Below, piece after piece: positions 1 to 11,080 of a stretch of DNA of 64,000 nt. The stretch is taken from assembly GCF_009914755.1 (NCBI RefSeq), contig NC_060935.1. One strand, written 5' to 3'. The translations under genes and the position numbers were made by a program. Source of the stretch: the human T2T-CHM13v2.0 reference genome, Homo sapiens. The notes below the pieces were generated by a model, which saw only the letters and a program-made list of their open reading frames with translations, ran no database searches and was not told the origin of the DNA. Each line of letters starts with the position of its first letter. Positions within the stretch are counted from its first letter, which is position 1.

Positions 1-562
1 TACATTTTTCCTCCCTTACTTTTCTTGGGCTAAAGACAGGCTTTTTCCACCAGCATCATCACTGCTATCATAATTATACAAGTATATTTAATGCTGATTT
101 TAGTATGTAATACGTATGGTAATTGTAGGGTAGTACCCACAACAACTGCAGTTTCTTACTTGGCCATGAGAATGCTTACTTAAGTGTTAAACTTCCACTC
201 TGGCAAAATCTTGTCATATCAAAAGACATTGGAAAGAGGGATTCCCTTTGGTGTTTGGTCTTCTACTTAGAAAATACCTATTGCAATTAGAGTTTATCTT
301 ATGGTATTCATCTTTGTATTTTGAAGGTAATAAGGTTTGAATTAAATTGATATACACAGAGGGGAACCAATTTTTTTTTATCCAATGTAAATTATAAATG
401 AGATAATCCACAGTTATTCATTGTGGAGTTCCACTGTTGAGACTGTGGAAGACTCATTGTCTTTGTATTCAGCTCTTCCTTAAATAGTGTAACCATACCC
501 CCACCTCTGCTTGCTTTCTTTCTCTCCCCTCCAATGATAAAGAAAATGATAAGTTAAAAAAA
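1..562 (+). pseudogene. ST13P11: 3' end (3'UTR and A-tail remnant) of an ST13 (Hsc70-interacting protein) processed pseudogene, probably ST13P11; continues left of the window
   Basis: Resembles the ST13 mRNA 3'UTR as I recall it (gacattggaaagagggattccctttggtgtttggtcttctacttagaaaa...ccaatgataaagaaaatgataa) and ends in a short A-run near 555-562. No coding part is in the window. Identity is from recall, not a search. Confidence 0.6.
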
Positions 563-1429
563 TAGTTATAGCTACTGAAAATTAGCACTAGAGAGTAATT
601 CCAGGCTCTTTTTGCTTTAAACTTTTCCTAGCTTAACTCACATATAACAATAGTACTATGCTTTTATATTATAGATCTTCCCAGTTTTCAAACTACATTT
701 GAAATCCCCATGGCATGAAAATGAAATGATTAAACTAAAAAAATTCAAACGATTAAACTAAAAAATTATTCACATTTTATTGAAAGGACACAATTTTTTA
801 GCTGCAGTTGCTGCATTTAAGGAGAACATTCAATGTCCAGCAAAGAAAAAGGCTCCTGAGAAATGGGGCAGCGCCCAGAAGTCTGGACTTCTTCCACTGT
901 GGCTGTAGCCAACACTTGTGGTGGGGTTATTTGTAAGCATTTTGTAGGAGGCATTTTTCAATAACATTATTCATTCATTCAGTAAATACTCATGAAGCAC
1001 CTCTTTTAATCCGGGCGTTCTCTGGGCAAAACACTAAAGACATCTCCAACATTCTCTTTTAATGCATGATGTTCTCTGTGCAATTGCAAACAGAAACTGA
1101 ACTAGCCAGAGCAATTGAATTTTTTGCAGTTGAAAGCATCATCATGGCTAAGACAAGAAGTCTTTGAGCAATCCAGAGACTGAAACTATCTGTAGTAGCA
1201 GATCTACCATGACTCAAAGAAGTCCTCTGTGCTGTAGACTGATATGTACCAAAATGGGATCTGGCCTGGAGAGGGTGACCCAGAAATGGGATATTGAGAG
1301 GCAAGAGTTCCAACCTGGACATGCACAACCCTAGCCACTTGCATAACCAATTACAGGGGAGCCTTATTTCTAAGGCTTCGTACTAGGTATGCTTGTTCAC
1401 TGTATGTAGATGGTTGTATGTTTCAATAA

Positions 1430-1640
1430 CGATAGCTAATGTTGAATCAGCTAAGCACTATGGAAATACCATCATATTTAATATTCACAAAAACCCTACG
1501 AAAGTATTTATTATTATTATTTCCATTTTAGAGAACAGGAAACTGTGACTTAAGTAGGTAAATAACTGGCCCAAGGAGGTACAATTGCAGAGCTGACACT
1601 CAGCCCAGACCTCAGTGCCTCCCAGGCTTATGCTCTACAC
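1430..1640 (-). mobile_element. MIR SINE
   Basis: Reverse-complement MIR core: attattatttccattttagagaacaggaaactgtgactt...aactggcccaagg. Confidence 0.65.
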
Positions 1641-2589
1641 CACCATGCAGATTGCCATCTCAGACTTAAAAAACCAACTGAAATTGATTTCTTAATATGT
1701 GTTTTTTCTCTGCCCAATTAATCCTTTTGCATTTCTCATAATGTCCTGAATTAAAAGAGCCCTTTTAGACATTATTCAGGAAAATTTACAGACAGGATGG
1801 ACCAACAACTATAAAAATCAACAAACAGCTAGAGTTGCCATCCCAGGGCCAAGATGGACAGCAGACAATGTAAACAGTGCCCCTTTCAGAACAATTCTGA
1901 ACAAACGTGTTTCATCACTTTCACGTGTATTTAGTCCTCCCAAGACTTTATGAGGTTGATCCTACTATCACCAATGTGACAGCCAAGTAGGCTGAGGCTC
2001 AGAAAATAAATTCCACTGCTGGTAAATGGTAGCACTGGGTTGATAACTCAAGTCTTTACCTCTAGAGTGGCTCCCTTTGCACACAGTGAATAACAGATGC
2101 CTGTCATTTACATGTGTTACATGTGGAGAGAAAGTCCCCAAACACATAAATGTGTAGCAAGCCAGGTGGGCTTTCTTTTTGTTTCCTTTAAAACTTAGAG
2201 ATGAATATTGGGGAGTGTCTCCTGAATCTGAGCATGAATGAAGCTTTGGAAGAGATAAGTTTGGGGCTAAATTGAGGCACAGCTGGGTTAGTGCTCACTA
2301 AGACTTGGATATTTGTGCTTGGGCCGGTTATATAATCTTGGTAAATGCTGTACCGTACTGGGTATATGGGTATTGGAGCCTATGAATTATAGGTGTCTTA
2401 TTTTTCACAATTCAAAAATATACATCTTGGGGCGGCTAACTCTTCACCTGGGGGCTTTTCCTGCAGTGTGTTTGTCCATGGCTCTGTGCAGAGTCTGGAG
2501 CTTGTCCTGAGGCCTCACTTGACAGATTTACTTATTCAGTCAACCAATTTGTCACCACATATTGGCTGAACACCTACTTGAGGCAGTAT

Positions 2590-2775
2590 AAGTAGACACC
2601 AGACCCCATCTGCCTAAGCTGGAGTCCTGGCTTGGCTACTTCCTGTGCAAATTGGGTAAGTTTCTTAAACTCTCTGTGCCTCAGTCTCCACATTTGTAAA
2701 ATGGCGATAATAATATATTCTACCTTGTGAACTGGTTTGAAGACTAAATGAGTTATCGGGGAAGTGTTCAGAATT
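2590..2775 (+). mobile_element. MIR SINE
   Basis: MIR core ctctgtgcctcagtctccacatttgtaaaatggcgataataata. Confidence 0.8.
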
Positions 2776-3013
2776 AAAAGAGTGCTTTTAGACATTATTC
2801 AGAGCACTATTTGTGTTGTGGGCACTGTTTGAGTGCTTGCTATCTCTACTGCTGCGTGACAGGCTCTGTGTAACACAGGGAAGTACAACACAGTGTACCT
2901 GCCTCCAGGGAGCTGAGCTGCGGAGCTAACACAATGTAAATACTATCATACAAGTGTCAAATCAATGCATATCCTAAGACAGGAACAACAGAGTATTGTA
3001 GGGGGGATACTGA

Positions 3014-3358
<345 letters not shown>

Positions 3359-3853
3359 TAACTGTTCTGCTATTCTCTTGCAGTTTCCATGATGCCATTT
3401 TCTGAAGCACAGCATTGTAGATGTTTAGAAAAAGCCAGTGATCTCCTAGTCCAAGTCCCTTAATTTACAGCTAAGGTAGTTGAGGCCCAGAGAGGTAGAG
3501 TGAATTGTCGAAGGTCATAGAGCTTCTGATGGTAGAACTGACTCTCAGACTACTGCTCCTTTCCGCTATTCTAAACAGCTTTTTAACGTGCAGAATTTCT
3601 AATGTGTAGAGCCTCAGAGTTCACCTTCATAGCCATCTTCAGCTGGGATATGATGTTAAAGGGAGACAGACACTTAAAATCTGTGGAACATCCACAGTCC
3701 TCATTTTGATTCAGAGGTTTATCCAGCACCCTAGGGGAAGCCATTTTCAAGACCTCTAAGGACATAATGGACCCTGGAAGGGAAGAAGCCATTGTATATA
3801 GGAACCCCAGCCTAGAAGGCAGGTAGAACAACCTAGTGGTTACAAAGGCCTGG

Positions 3854-4906
3854 TGTAAAGAACAAACTTTTTTCTCCTACTATATTCTCACTCACAGCAC
3901 TCAATACTTCATTTCTGACCTAATAGAAGTATGAGTTTTTTCCCCCCATACATCAATTTTCTGCCCAATACCAGCTGGGTGTCCTACAATTTAATTTAAT
4001 TCTGACACTACCTGGAGTTAGCATCAGATCCCACAGCTTAAGGGCTCAGTCCCCCAAGACTGAATTGCCCCCACTTTACATGCCGATCACAAGTCCAGAC
4101 CTCCAGTACTTGTGACCAAGCAGTTGTAAATTGGAGGTTCCCACAACCCCTTCCCCAGGTTCAATCATTTGCTAAAATGGCTCACAGAACTCAGGAAACT
4201 GTTTGACCTACATCTACTGGTTCATTATAAAGGACATTGCAAAGGACCAGATGAAGAGCCAGATGGAAGAGATGCATAGGGCAAGGTATAGGGGAAGGGG
4301 CATGGAGTTTTCAAGTCCTCTTGGGGCACAGCGTCCTCCGTGTGTTCAGCATCCCAGATGCTCTCCAAACTCCATAGTTGAGGAATTTTTATGGAGGCTT
4401 CATCACATAGGCAAGATATATTATTAACTTAATCTCCAGCTCCTCTCACCTCCCCAGAGGATGGGGAATGGGAGCTGAAATTTCCAGGCTTCTGATCGTG
4501 ACTTGGTCTTTCAAGTGACCAGCCCCCCATCCAGAAACCCACCAAGAGTTGCCTCATTAGAACTAAAGATGCTCCCAGCCAGGCATAGTGGCTCACGCTT
4601 GTAATTTCAGTGCTTTGGGAGGCCAAGGGAGGATCATTTGAGCCCAGGAATTCGAGACCAGCCTGGGCAACACAGCAAGACCCCATCTCTACAAAAAGAA
4701 AATAACTAAAGATGCTCCTATCACCCAGGAAATTCCAAGGGATAGAAGCTCTGTGTCAGGAGCCAGGGTCAAAGGCCAAATACCAGGAAAAAAAGGTATA
4801 CCTGGCACCCCTATCTCTCAGGAAATTTTAAATGCTTTGGGAGCTCTGTGTCAGGAACTGGGGTTAGATCCCAAACATATATTTCTTACTACATCACAAT
4901 GTCACA
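3854..4906 (-). mobile_element. MER21-family solo LTR
   Basis: tg...ca termini; MER21-like motifs (ccagctgggtgtcctacaatt, ggctcacagaactcaggaaac, repeated gctctgtgtcagga). Confidence 0.7.
4576..4703 (+). mobile_element. FLAM Alu monomer inserted in MER21
   Basis: Single left monomer with a perfect 15-bp target-site duplication (TSD) aactaaagatgctcc at 4561-4575 and 4704-4718. Confidence 0.85.
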
Positions 4907-5026
4907 ACTAGGCACCCATGAGTTTTAATTGCTCAATTAGTTATTAGTACCCACTGTGGCCCAAGTACTTGGCTAGGCATTGGGAATACCAAAGTAAATG
5001 AGGTAGTCATAGCTCTGTTGCAGAGA

Positions 5027-5385
5027 GGTGGTTCTCAACATGGAGCGGTTTTGGCTCCCAAGGGCCATTTGCCAATGTCTGGATACATTTTTGATGGTCT
5101 TGACTTGGGATGAGGTTGCTACAGGGATGTTGCTGAACATCCTATAACACATAGAACAGCCCCCACAATAAAGAACTACACAACAAAGAAGCCACAGAAT
5201 CCGCTTGTCAGACTGTCTCTTCTGCACTCCCCCTTTCAAGAAGACACACCAAGTTCCCATGATCACATACTCCCTTCCCCCGACCACACATGGCCTGGGC
5301 CCACTGAAGGCCCAGGAGGCTGGACATGAGGCAGTGAGGTGGAATACAAGGCCCCAAATGTCAACAGTGTTGAGGTTGAGATCTT
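5027..5385 (+). mobile_element. MER20 hAT-Charlie DNA transposon, interrupted by a 154-bp insert (5197-5350)
   Basis: gtggttctcaac...gccaatgtctggatacattttt...cccccacaataaagaa | gccccaaatgtcaacagtgttgaggttgaga follows the MER20 consensus on both sides of the insert. Confidence 0.8.
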
Positions 5386-6607
5386 ATTATTGAGCATAAG
5401 GTCTATGACAATTAAACACATAGTTAAAATGAAGTATGAACAGTGTTATGGTGGAGGAAGTTCAAGACACTGTCTGATTCTATAATAAGGGAACTCAGTC
5501 TAGGAATTAGGGCAAGTCTCAGAGTAGAGGATGTTTGAACTGAATCCTCAATGATGAGTGGGTGTTAGTAATGCAAGGAAATCAGGGCTAAATATCAAGA
5601 CAACAGGAATGTACAAATGCTTGAAGGACAAGCAGAACTCTTGCAAGGAATCAAGAAATTTTTAGTATGTCTGGAGCAGAAGTGGTGGTTGCAAAAGATA
5701 AGACATAGAAATTTTTGTAAGATGTTTAGTTAGTATGCAAAGATGTCTACCAGGCACATGCCCTGTTCTCATGCTGGTGAGTCTTCTGAACCAACAAATA
5801 TCACTGTCCTTGAGGACGGGCTAGCCTAGACAAGTGAAGGATCTTGGCTTTAAGGGAAATGGGAAGCCAGGGAAAGGCTTTTATCTAGGAGATGACAGAG
5901 TAACATCAACATTTTGGAAAGCATGTAGAGGATGCGTTTGAGGGTAGCAAGAGCAAAGGCAGGAGGACCAGTTGGAGTTGTTACCGCAATCCAGGTAACA
6001 GATGAAGATGGCTGAATTAGGAGAGACACATGGATGTGAAGGAAAGACAGCTTCCAGAGACATGCAGTATACACATGTGCATGTGCATAAGTAGTTGTTA
6101 TTACATTAAAATTCAAGAATGTAACTATTCATTTCCAGACTTTATGGCCACCCCACATTTAGAAAGTGATCATTGACAAGATTTGTTAATGAGCACTGAC
6201 AATATTGACATCCCTTCTTTGTTCTATTTTCCGGCCCCAACTGTTTGCATGGGCTGAGAAAGCTACTTGAGACCTCTGACCATGGCTGAGGTTCTAAAAG
6301 ACCTGAAGTTCATGTTCCCTTTTCCCATCCCCCTCACCCCTGCCCTAGATATTCCATGGAAAAGAGGAGAAGGCTCTGTGTTCCTGAACACTGTATGCCT
6401 CCCCCGAAGTCTGGGCTCTTCCTCTCCTCCAGGCATCTCTTCTTCCATGATCCAGCACAGGCGTACTCATTTCAAGGGGCCTGTCCTGCTGTCAGGGGCC
6501 AGGCACATAGAGGTTTGGAGACTATGATCACTCACTGGCAGATTATTGTTTTCTGGTCCCTTTATTTCAACAATGATGACTGATGTCATTATAGAAATCA
6601 GTCCTGA

Positions 6608-7043
6608 TGTGAGTTTCCTATTGCTGCCACATCAAATGACCATAAACTTAGTAGCTTAAAATACCATGCACTTATTCCCTGGCAGTTCTGGAGGTCAGAA
6701 GTATAAAATCAAGGTGTCAGCAGGGCTGCCTTCCTTCTGGAGGCTCTAGGGGAGAACCCATTGCATTGACTTTTTCAACTTCTCGAGGCTATGGCCTCTG
6801 CCTCCACCGTCACATCTCTGTTTTCCTCAGCTTCCATTGACACATCACCTTCTCTGGCTCTGATCCTCCTGCCTTCTCCTTATAATGATCCTTGTGATTA
6901 TGTTGAGCCATGGGTGTAACCTAGCATTAGCTCCCCATCTCAAGGTTCTCAATTACATCTGCAAAGTTCCCTTTGCCATATAAAGTAACATATTCATAGA
7001 TTCCAGGGATTAGGACATAGACATCATTATTTAGCCTATCACA
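6608..7043 (-). mobile_element. MLT1 (MaLR) solo LTR, MLT1C-like
   Basis: gcagttctggaggtcagaag...caaggtgtcagcagggctg...ggctctaggggagaa...tataaagtaacatattcatag. Confidence 0.75.
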
Positions 7044-9574
7044 GGTCCCACACAGCTTGCTATATTGTTGTCCATTGTGGTGAGCACCACCCCCAACCCT
7101 TGCAGGTGAGTGAGCCCTATTGGTTCTTCTGGAAAGGCCAATCCCACCTCTCCACAGTCGCTCCCTGCATGGGCTCTCAGGAATGGATCTTTTGGTTCCC
7201 ACTAGCCTGACCAAGTGTTTTCAGAAGGATGCTCTGAGTCAGGGTGACTAAATGAGGGACTTCTTGGCTCAGATCCACATTTGCCCCCAAGATTCTATAC
7301 CTGTGTGTTGAGTTGGGCCGTACACTCCCCCTTCCACGCATCTATTCCAGATTATGGAAGAGGCTGGGATCTAGTATGTCTTCATGTGTTTAAAAAAAAA
7401 AAAAAAGCCTCTGACTTGAAATGATCAGTTATCCTTTTTTTAAAAAGGTGCCATTGTTGCCATGGTGACCAGAGGCTTGAAAGAGATCTCACCTCTTTTC
7501 CATTTCCCACCCCTCTGTGCATTTTCTTTGCAAATTACATTGCATTCATTTATGCATATCTCCGGGGTACTCTCCTACCTAAGGAAAATCTTCTTTCTGC
7601 TTTCTTTTTGTGGATATCTGTATGGCCAGCAAATCCAGCTCCCAGGAGTGACAGGGCACAGGTCGGCACATCTTGACCTGCCTCCTCCAGGCAGATAGAG
7701 AAGGAATCAGCTGATGTGCTCTCAATGAATAAATAAGCATCTTGCAGCCCTGTGTCTGCATGCTGTGGGTGTTAATGCCTGCATAGAGGAGGGACAGAGG
7801 GAGAGAGCAAGGGAGGACAACTGATGCAGAGCCCAGACAGAAACAGGAACCACCGAATCCGCTTGTCAGACTGTCTCTTCTGCACTTCTCCTTTCAAGAA
7901 GACACACCAAGTTCCCATGATCACATACCCCCTTCCCCTGACCACACATGGCCCAGGCCCACTGAAGGCCCAGGAGGCTGGACGCAAGGCAGTGAGGTGG
8001 AATACAAGATCTAGGAAGGAATGATCTGATTTTGTGTACCAGCTGTGTAACCTCAAGCAGAGCAATCTTCCAATCACAGCTTCCCCATCTGCCAGCTGGG
8101 AGCAAGACCTCACCCCACCCGCTTAGTGAGACTGTGGTGAGGGTCCAATCAGATCCTCAGTGTGAAGGTGCTTTCTGAATTCTGTGGGGTGGTAAACAAG
8201 CTGTGGCTGCTGCTACTGGAGACAGTGGCAATACTAAGAGTCACCTGCATATGTGGAGTTCTCTCCATGCGCCAGGCACTGGTGCTTTACATGCATTGTC
8301 TCATTTAACCTATCTGAAGCAGGTACAATTGGAGCCCCCCTCTTTTATTAGCTGAAGCAACCATGGCCAAGATCATGGGGTTAGTAAATGGCAGAGCCAG
8401 AAGCCATGCTCCAAATTTGGTCTGCAGAGACCCCTGAAATGTGGAGGGCAAACAAACCTAAGGCATTGCCCAAAGAATATTTCCACATAGACCAAAATAG
8501 AAGCTGAAAATAATGACTCTGGTAAGACTGAACTGGGGGGAGGGATACCCTCTAGTTCCAGGCAGACATGGGGGTTAATACAGCAAAGGGCCATGCAATG
8601 CAGGAATTCAGGGCTCTGGACTCATCCTATTGACTAGAGTTGGAGGGCAGCCTAGCAGGAAAAAGGGCACCCTCACCACGTATCAGAGGGTGTTGCTGGA
8701 CTGAGGGCTGGGCCATGGTGGAGGACAGGTGCTCAAGCCTAGGGCAAGGATGCAAGGTCTGGATCCCGCTTAGCCCTGGCAATGGTGCGCATTCCACTGC
8801 CAGCTGCCCTCTGGCTGAAAGAGTTGGTGGAGGTAGAGGCATGCTGCAAACTTTGCGTGTATCTGTATTTTCTTCTGGACCTCTGGAACGGGCTGAGGAC
8901 TAACACTCCCAGAGACTAGCCTGAACCACTGTTAGAAGAATTGACATGTGTGCCTTGGGCCAGGTTGCCCGGAAGCAGAGCCCAGTGCAGGGATTTGGGC
9001 CCATGTCATTTAATGAGGGAGTCTTCTCGGGTGAAACCCATAAGGGAGAGAGGCTAGGGAGAAGGACTAGGGTGGGGAATGAGAAAGGGCTGGGCAAAGA
9101 TGTGATGTCAGGTGAAGTCTGTCCTCAGCCTGATGCAAAGGTCGGCTCTGGAGCATCAGCTGCACCGCAGAATTGTCCTTCCCCAACCCTAAGGCAAGAG
9201 GGCTGCCTTCGGTTTCCCACTTTAGTCGATTGTTGGCTGTAAGCCCCAAGTTGGGGGACTTCCTGAGCCTGGGCTTCTGCTGGACAGGGCAACGTTTTGT
9301 AGAATGAGGCAGCTGCAAGCTGTTAGCAGCCAGCACTCGCTGCAGGAGGGTGGGTGAATGGGATCTGGGACAGACATGACAGCATGCATGACAGAGATGG
9401 TGAAGAGAGTTGATGTAATTATGCCTGACAGGCTATACCAATCTAAAGTTTCTTAACATCCTCAAATCATGCACAGCCTGTTGCATCTTAAACACATTCA
9501 GTCACCTGTCACACACCCCCTGTAAAGGCCACACACGCTCTCACATGCATGTGAGCTTTAGCACCTGCGTTTAA

Positions 9575-9817
9575 CCCATTTCCCATTTGCCCTGAGAATA
9601 CTCTTGTCTCTAATCTTAATGTAACATTGTATACATTTCTGTTACATTAGGATTAGAGACAAGTTCTGTTTAGAAATAACTCCAAGAACAGTTTTTATAT
9701 TTCATTTTCACTTCGAAAAATTAGTCAGATTTGCTTCAGCCTCAAAGAGCCTGTTTATGTAAAATTAAATTAGCACTGGCAGCGAGCTGCATTTTTTTTT
9801 TCTAAACAGGAAATGGG
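9575..9817. mobile_element. piggyBac-family MITE (MER75B-like)
   Basis: 243 bp; TTAA target sites at 9571-9574 and 9818-9821; terminal inverted repeats cccatttcc / ggaaatggg; internal 24-bp inverted repeat. Confidence 0.85.
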
Positions 9818-10009
9818 TTAAATAAGACCGTTTGGGGCCTATAAACATCCTAGGCAGCCCTGTGCAGGCAGAACAGAGGGCGACTCTGCAGCTACGCAGC
9901 TTTGTTCCTTGAGGTGTTATTATTCTCTTTCTTCATTCCCCTCCTTTCTTTTCCTTGCACTTTTCACTACTCATATGGATTTTCTTACCTTGCTTTATCC
10001 CACCATGGT

Positions 10010-10165
10010 GCCTAGGTGCCTTCAAGCTGAGACATCAGTCTTCTTCTGCCTTTGGACTTGGACTGCAACCCACATCATCAACTCTCCTGATTCTCAAGCC
10101 TTCACTCTCAGACCAGAACTATACCATTGGCCCTCCTGGCTCTCCAGCTTGCCAACTGCAGGTCT
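10010..10165 (+). mobile_element. MLT2 (ERVL) LTR fragment
   Basis: gacatcagtcttcttctgcctttggact...cctcctggctctccagcttgccaactgcag. Confidence 0.6.
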
Positions 10166-10269
10166 TGAACTTCTCAGCTCCCTGCCATATTACCCTGTTT
10201 TATCATCTCCATGGTACCTATTACCAGAAATTACCTGCTTTGTTTACTTGGTTATTGTCTCTCTCCTCT

Positions 10270-11080
10270 ATCAAAGACAAAAAACAAACAACTAAAGAAA
10301 TCAACTTCATTTAAGATATTGCAACAGGGAGAATACCCCAGAACCGAGGCCAGAGCACTGCTGTAGCAGTCCGTTTTCACACTGCTATAAAGAATTACCA
10401 GGGACTGGGTAATTTATAAAGGAAAGAGGTTTAATTGACTCACAGTTCCATATGGCTGGGGTGGCCTCAGGAAACTTATGATTATGGAGGAAGGTGAGAG
10501 GAGGCAGGCACCTTCTTCACAAGGCAGCAGGAGAGAGAAGAGCGAAGGAGGAACTTTCAAACACTTATAAAACCATCAGATCTCGTGAGAACTCAGTCAC
10601 TATCATGAGAACAGCATGGGGAAACCACAACCATGATCTAATCACCTCCCTCCCTCAATACGTGGGGATTACAATTCGAGATGAGATTTGGGTGGGGACA
10701 CAGAGCCAAACCATATCAATTGCAGAAGGTGGCTTTGCCTTAGGTTTTTATAGGGAGGAGTAGGTGGGTTACAGGTGGGGTGGTTTACAGATGAGATGAT
10801 TTTGCCATCGAGGGAGCCTCTGTGAGCTGAACAGGAAATGCTTATCTCTGTGCCTAATTAGTTTCAGGGAGACAAACTCCTAGTCTCAGTTAATCATTCA
10901 TGAGACAAAAAACAGGGAGTTGGAGGGTCTGTGTCTGGCCTTTCAGTAGATTTCATCTCACTGAGAGTCTTAAGGGAGTCATGAGAAAGAGTGGACAGCA
11001 AGTCTTAGCTAAGTGTGGGGAAGGTAGGAGGGAATTTCTTAACCATTGCTGTTTTCAGGGCTCTGGTTAAGTTAAATTGA
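10270..11080 (-). mobile_element. ERV1-class LTR (MER67-like), host of a THE1 insertion
   Basis: Reverse complement starts ...gagccctgaaaacagcaatggttaagaaattccctc, resembling MER67 as recalled; boundaries approximate. Confidence 0.5.
10362..10718 (-). mobile_element. THE1 (THE1D-like) MaLR solo LTR
   Basis: actgggtaatttataaaggaaagaggtttaattgactcacagttc...gagatttgggtggggacacagagccaaaccatatca; 5-bp TSD actgc/attgc. Confidence 0.9.

Noticed and set aside
1-560. 3' end of the neighbouring gene AMOTL1
   Set aside because: The sequence fits my recollection of the ST13 3'UTR better, and as I recall the locus AMOTL1 ends further left. Not verified by search.
4720-4860. Direct repeats ccctatc...caggaaatt...gctctgtgtcagga
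   Set aside because: Appear to be intrinsic internal repeats of the MER21-type LTR
5205-8113. Similar peptides in ORFs 5205-5393 and 7824-8024, suggesting a small gene family
   Set aside because: Similarity is confined to the 154-bp DNA duplication; flanks are unrelated and there is no splice or promoter support
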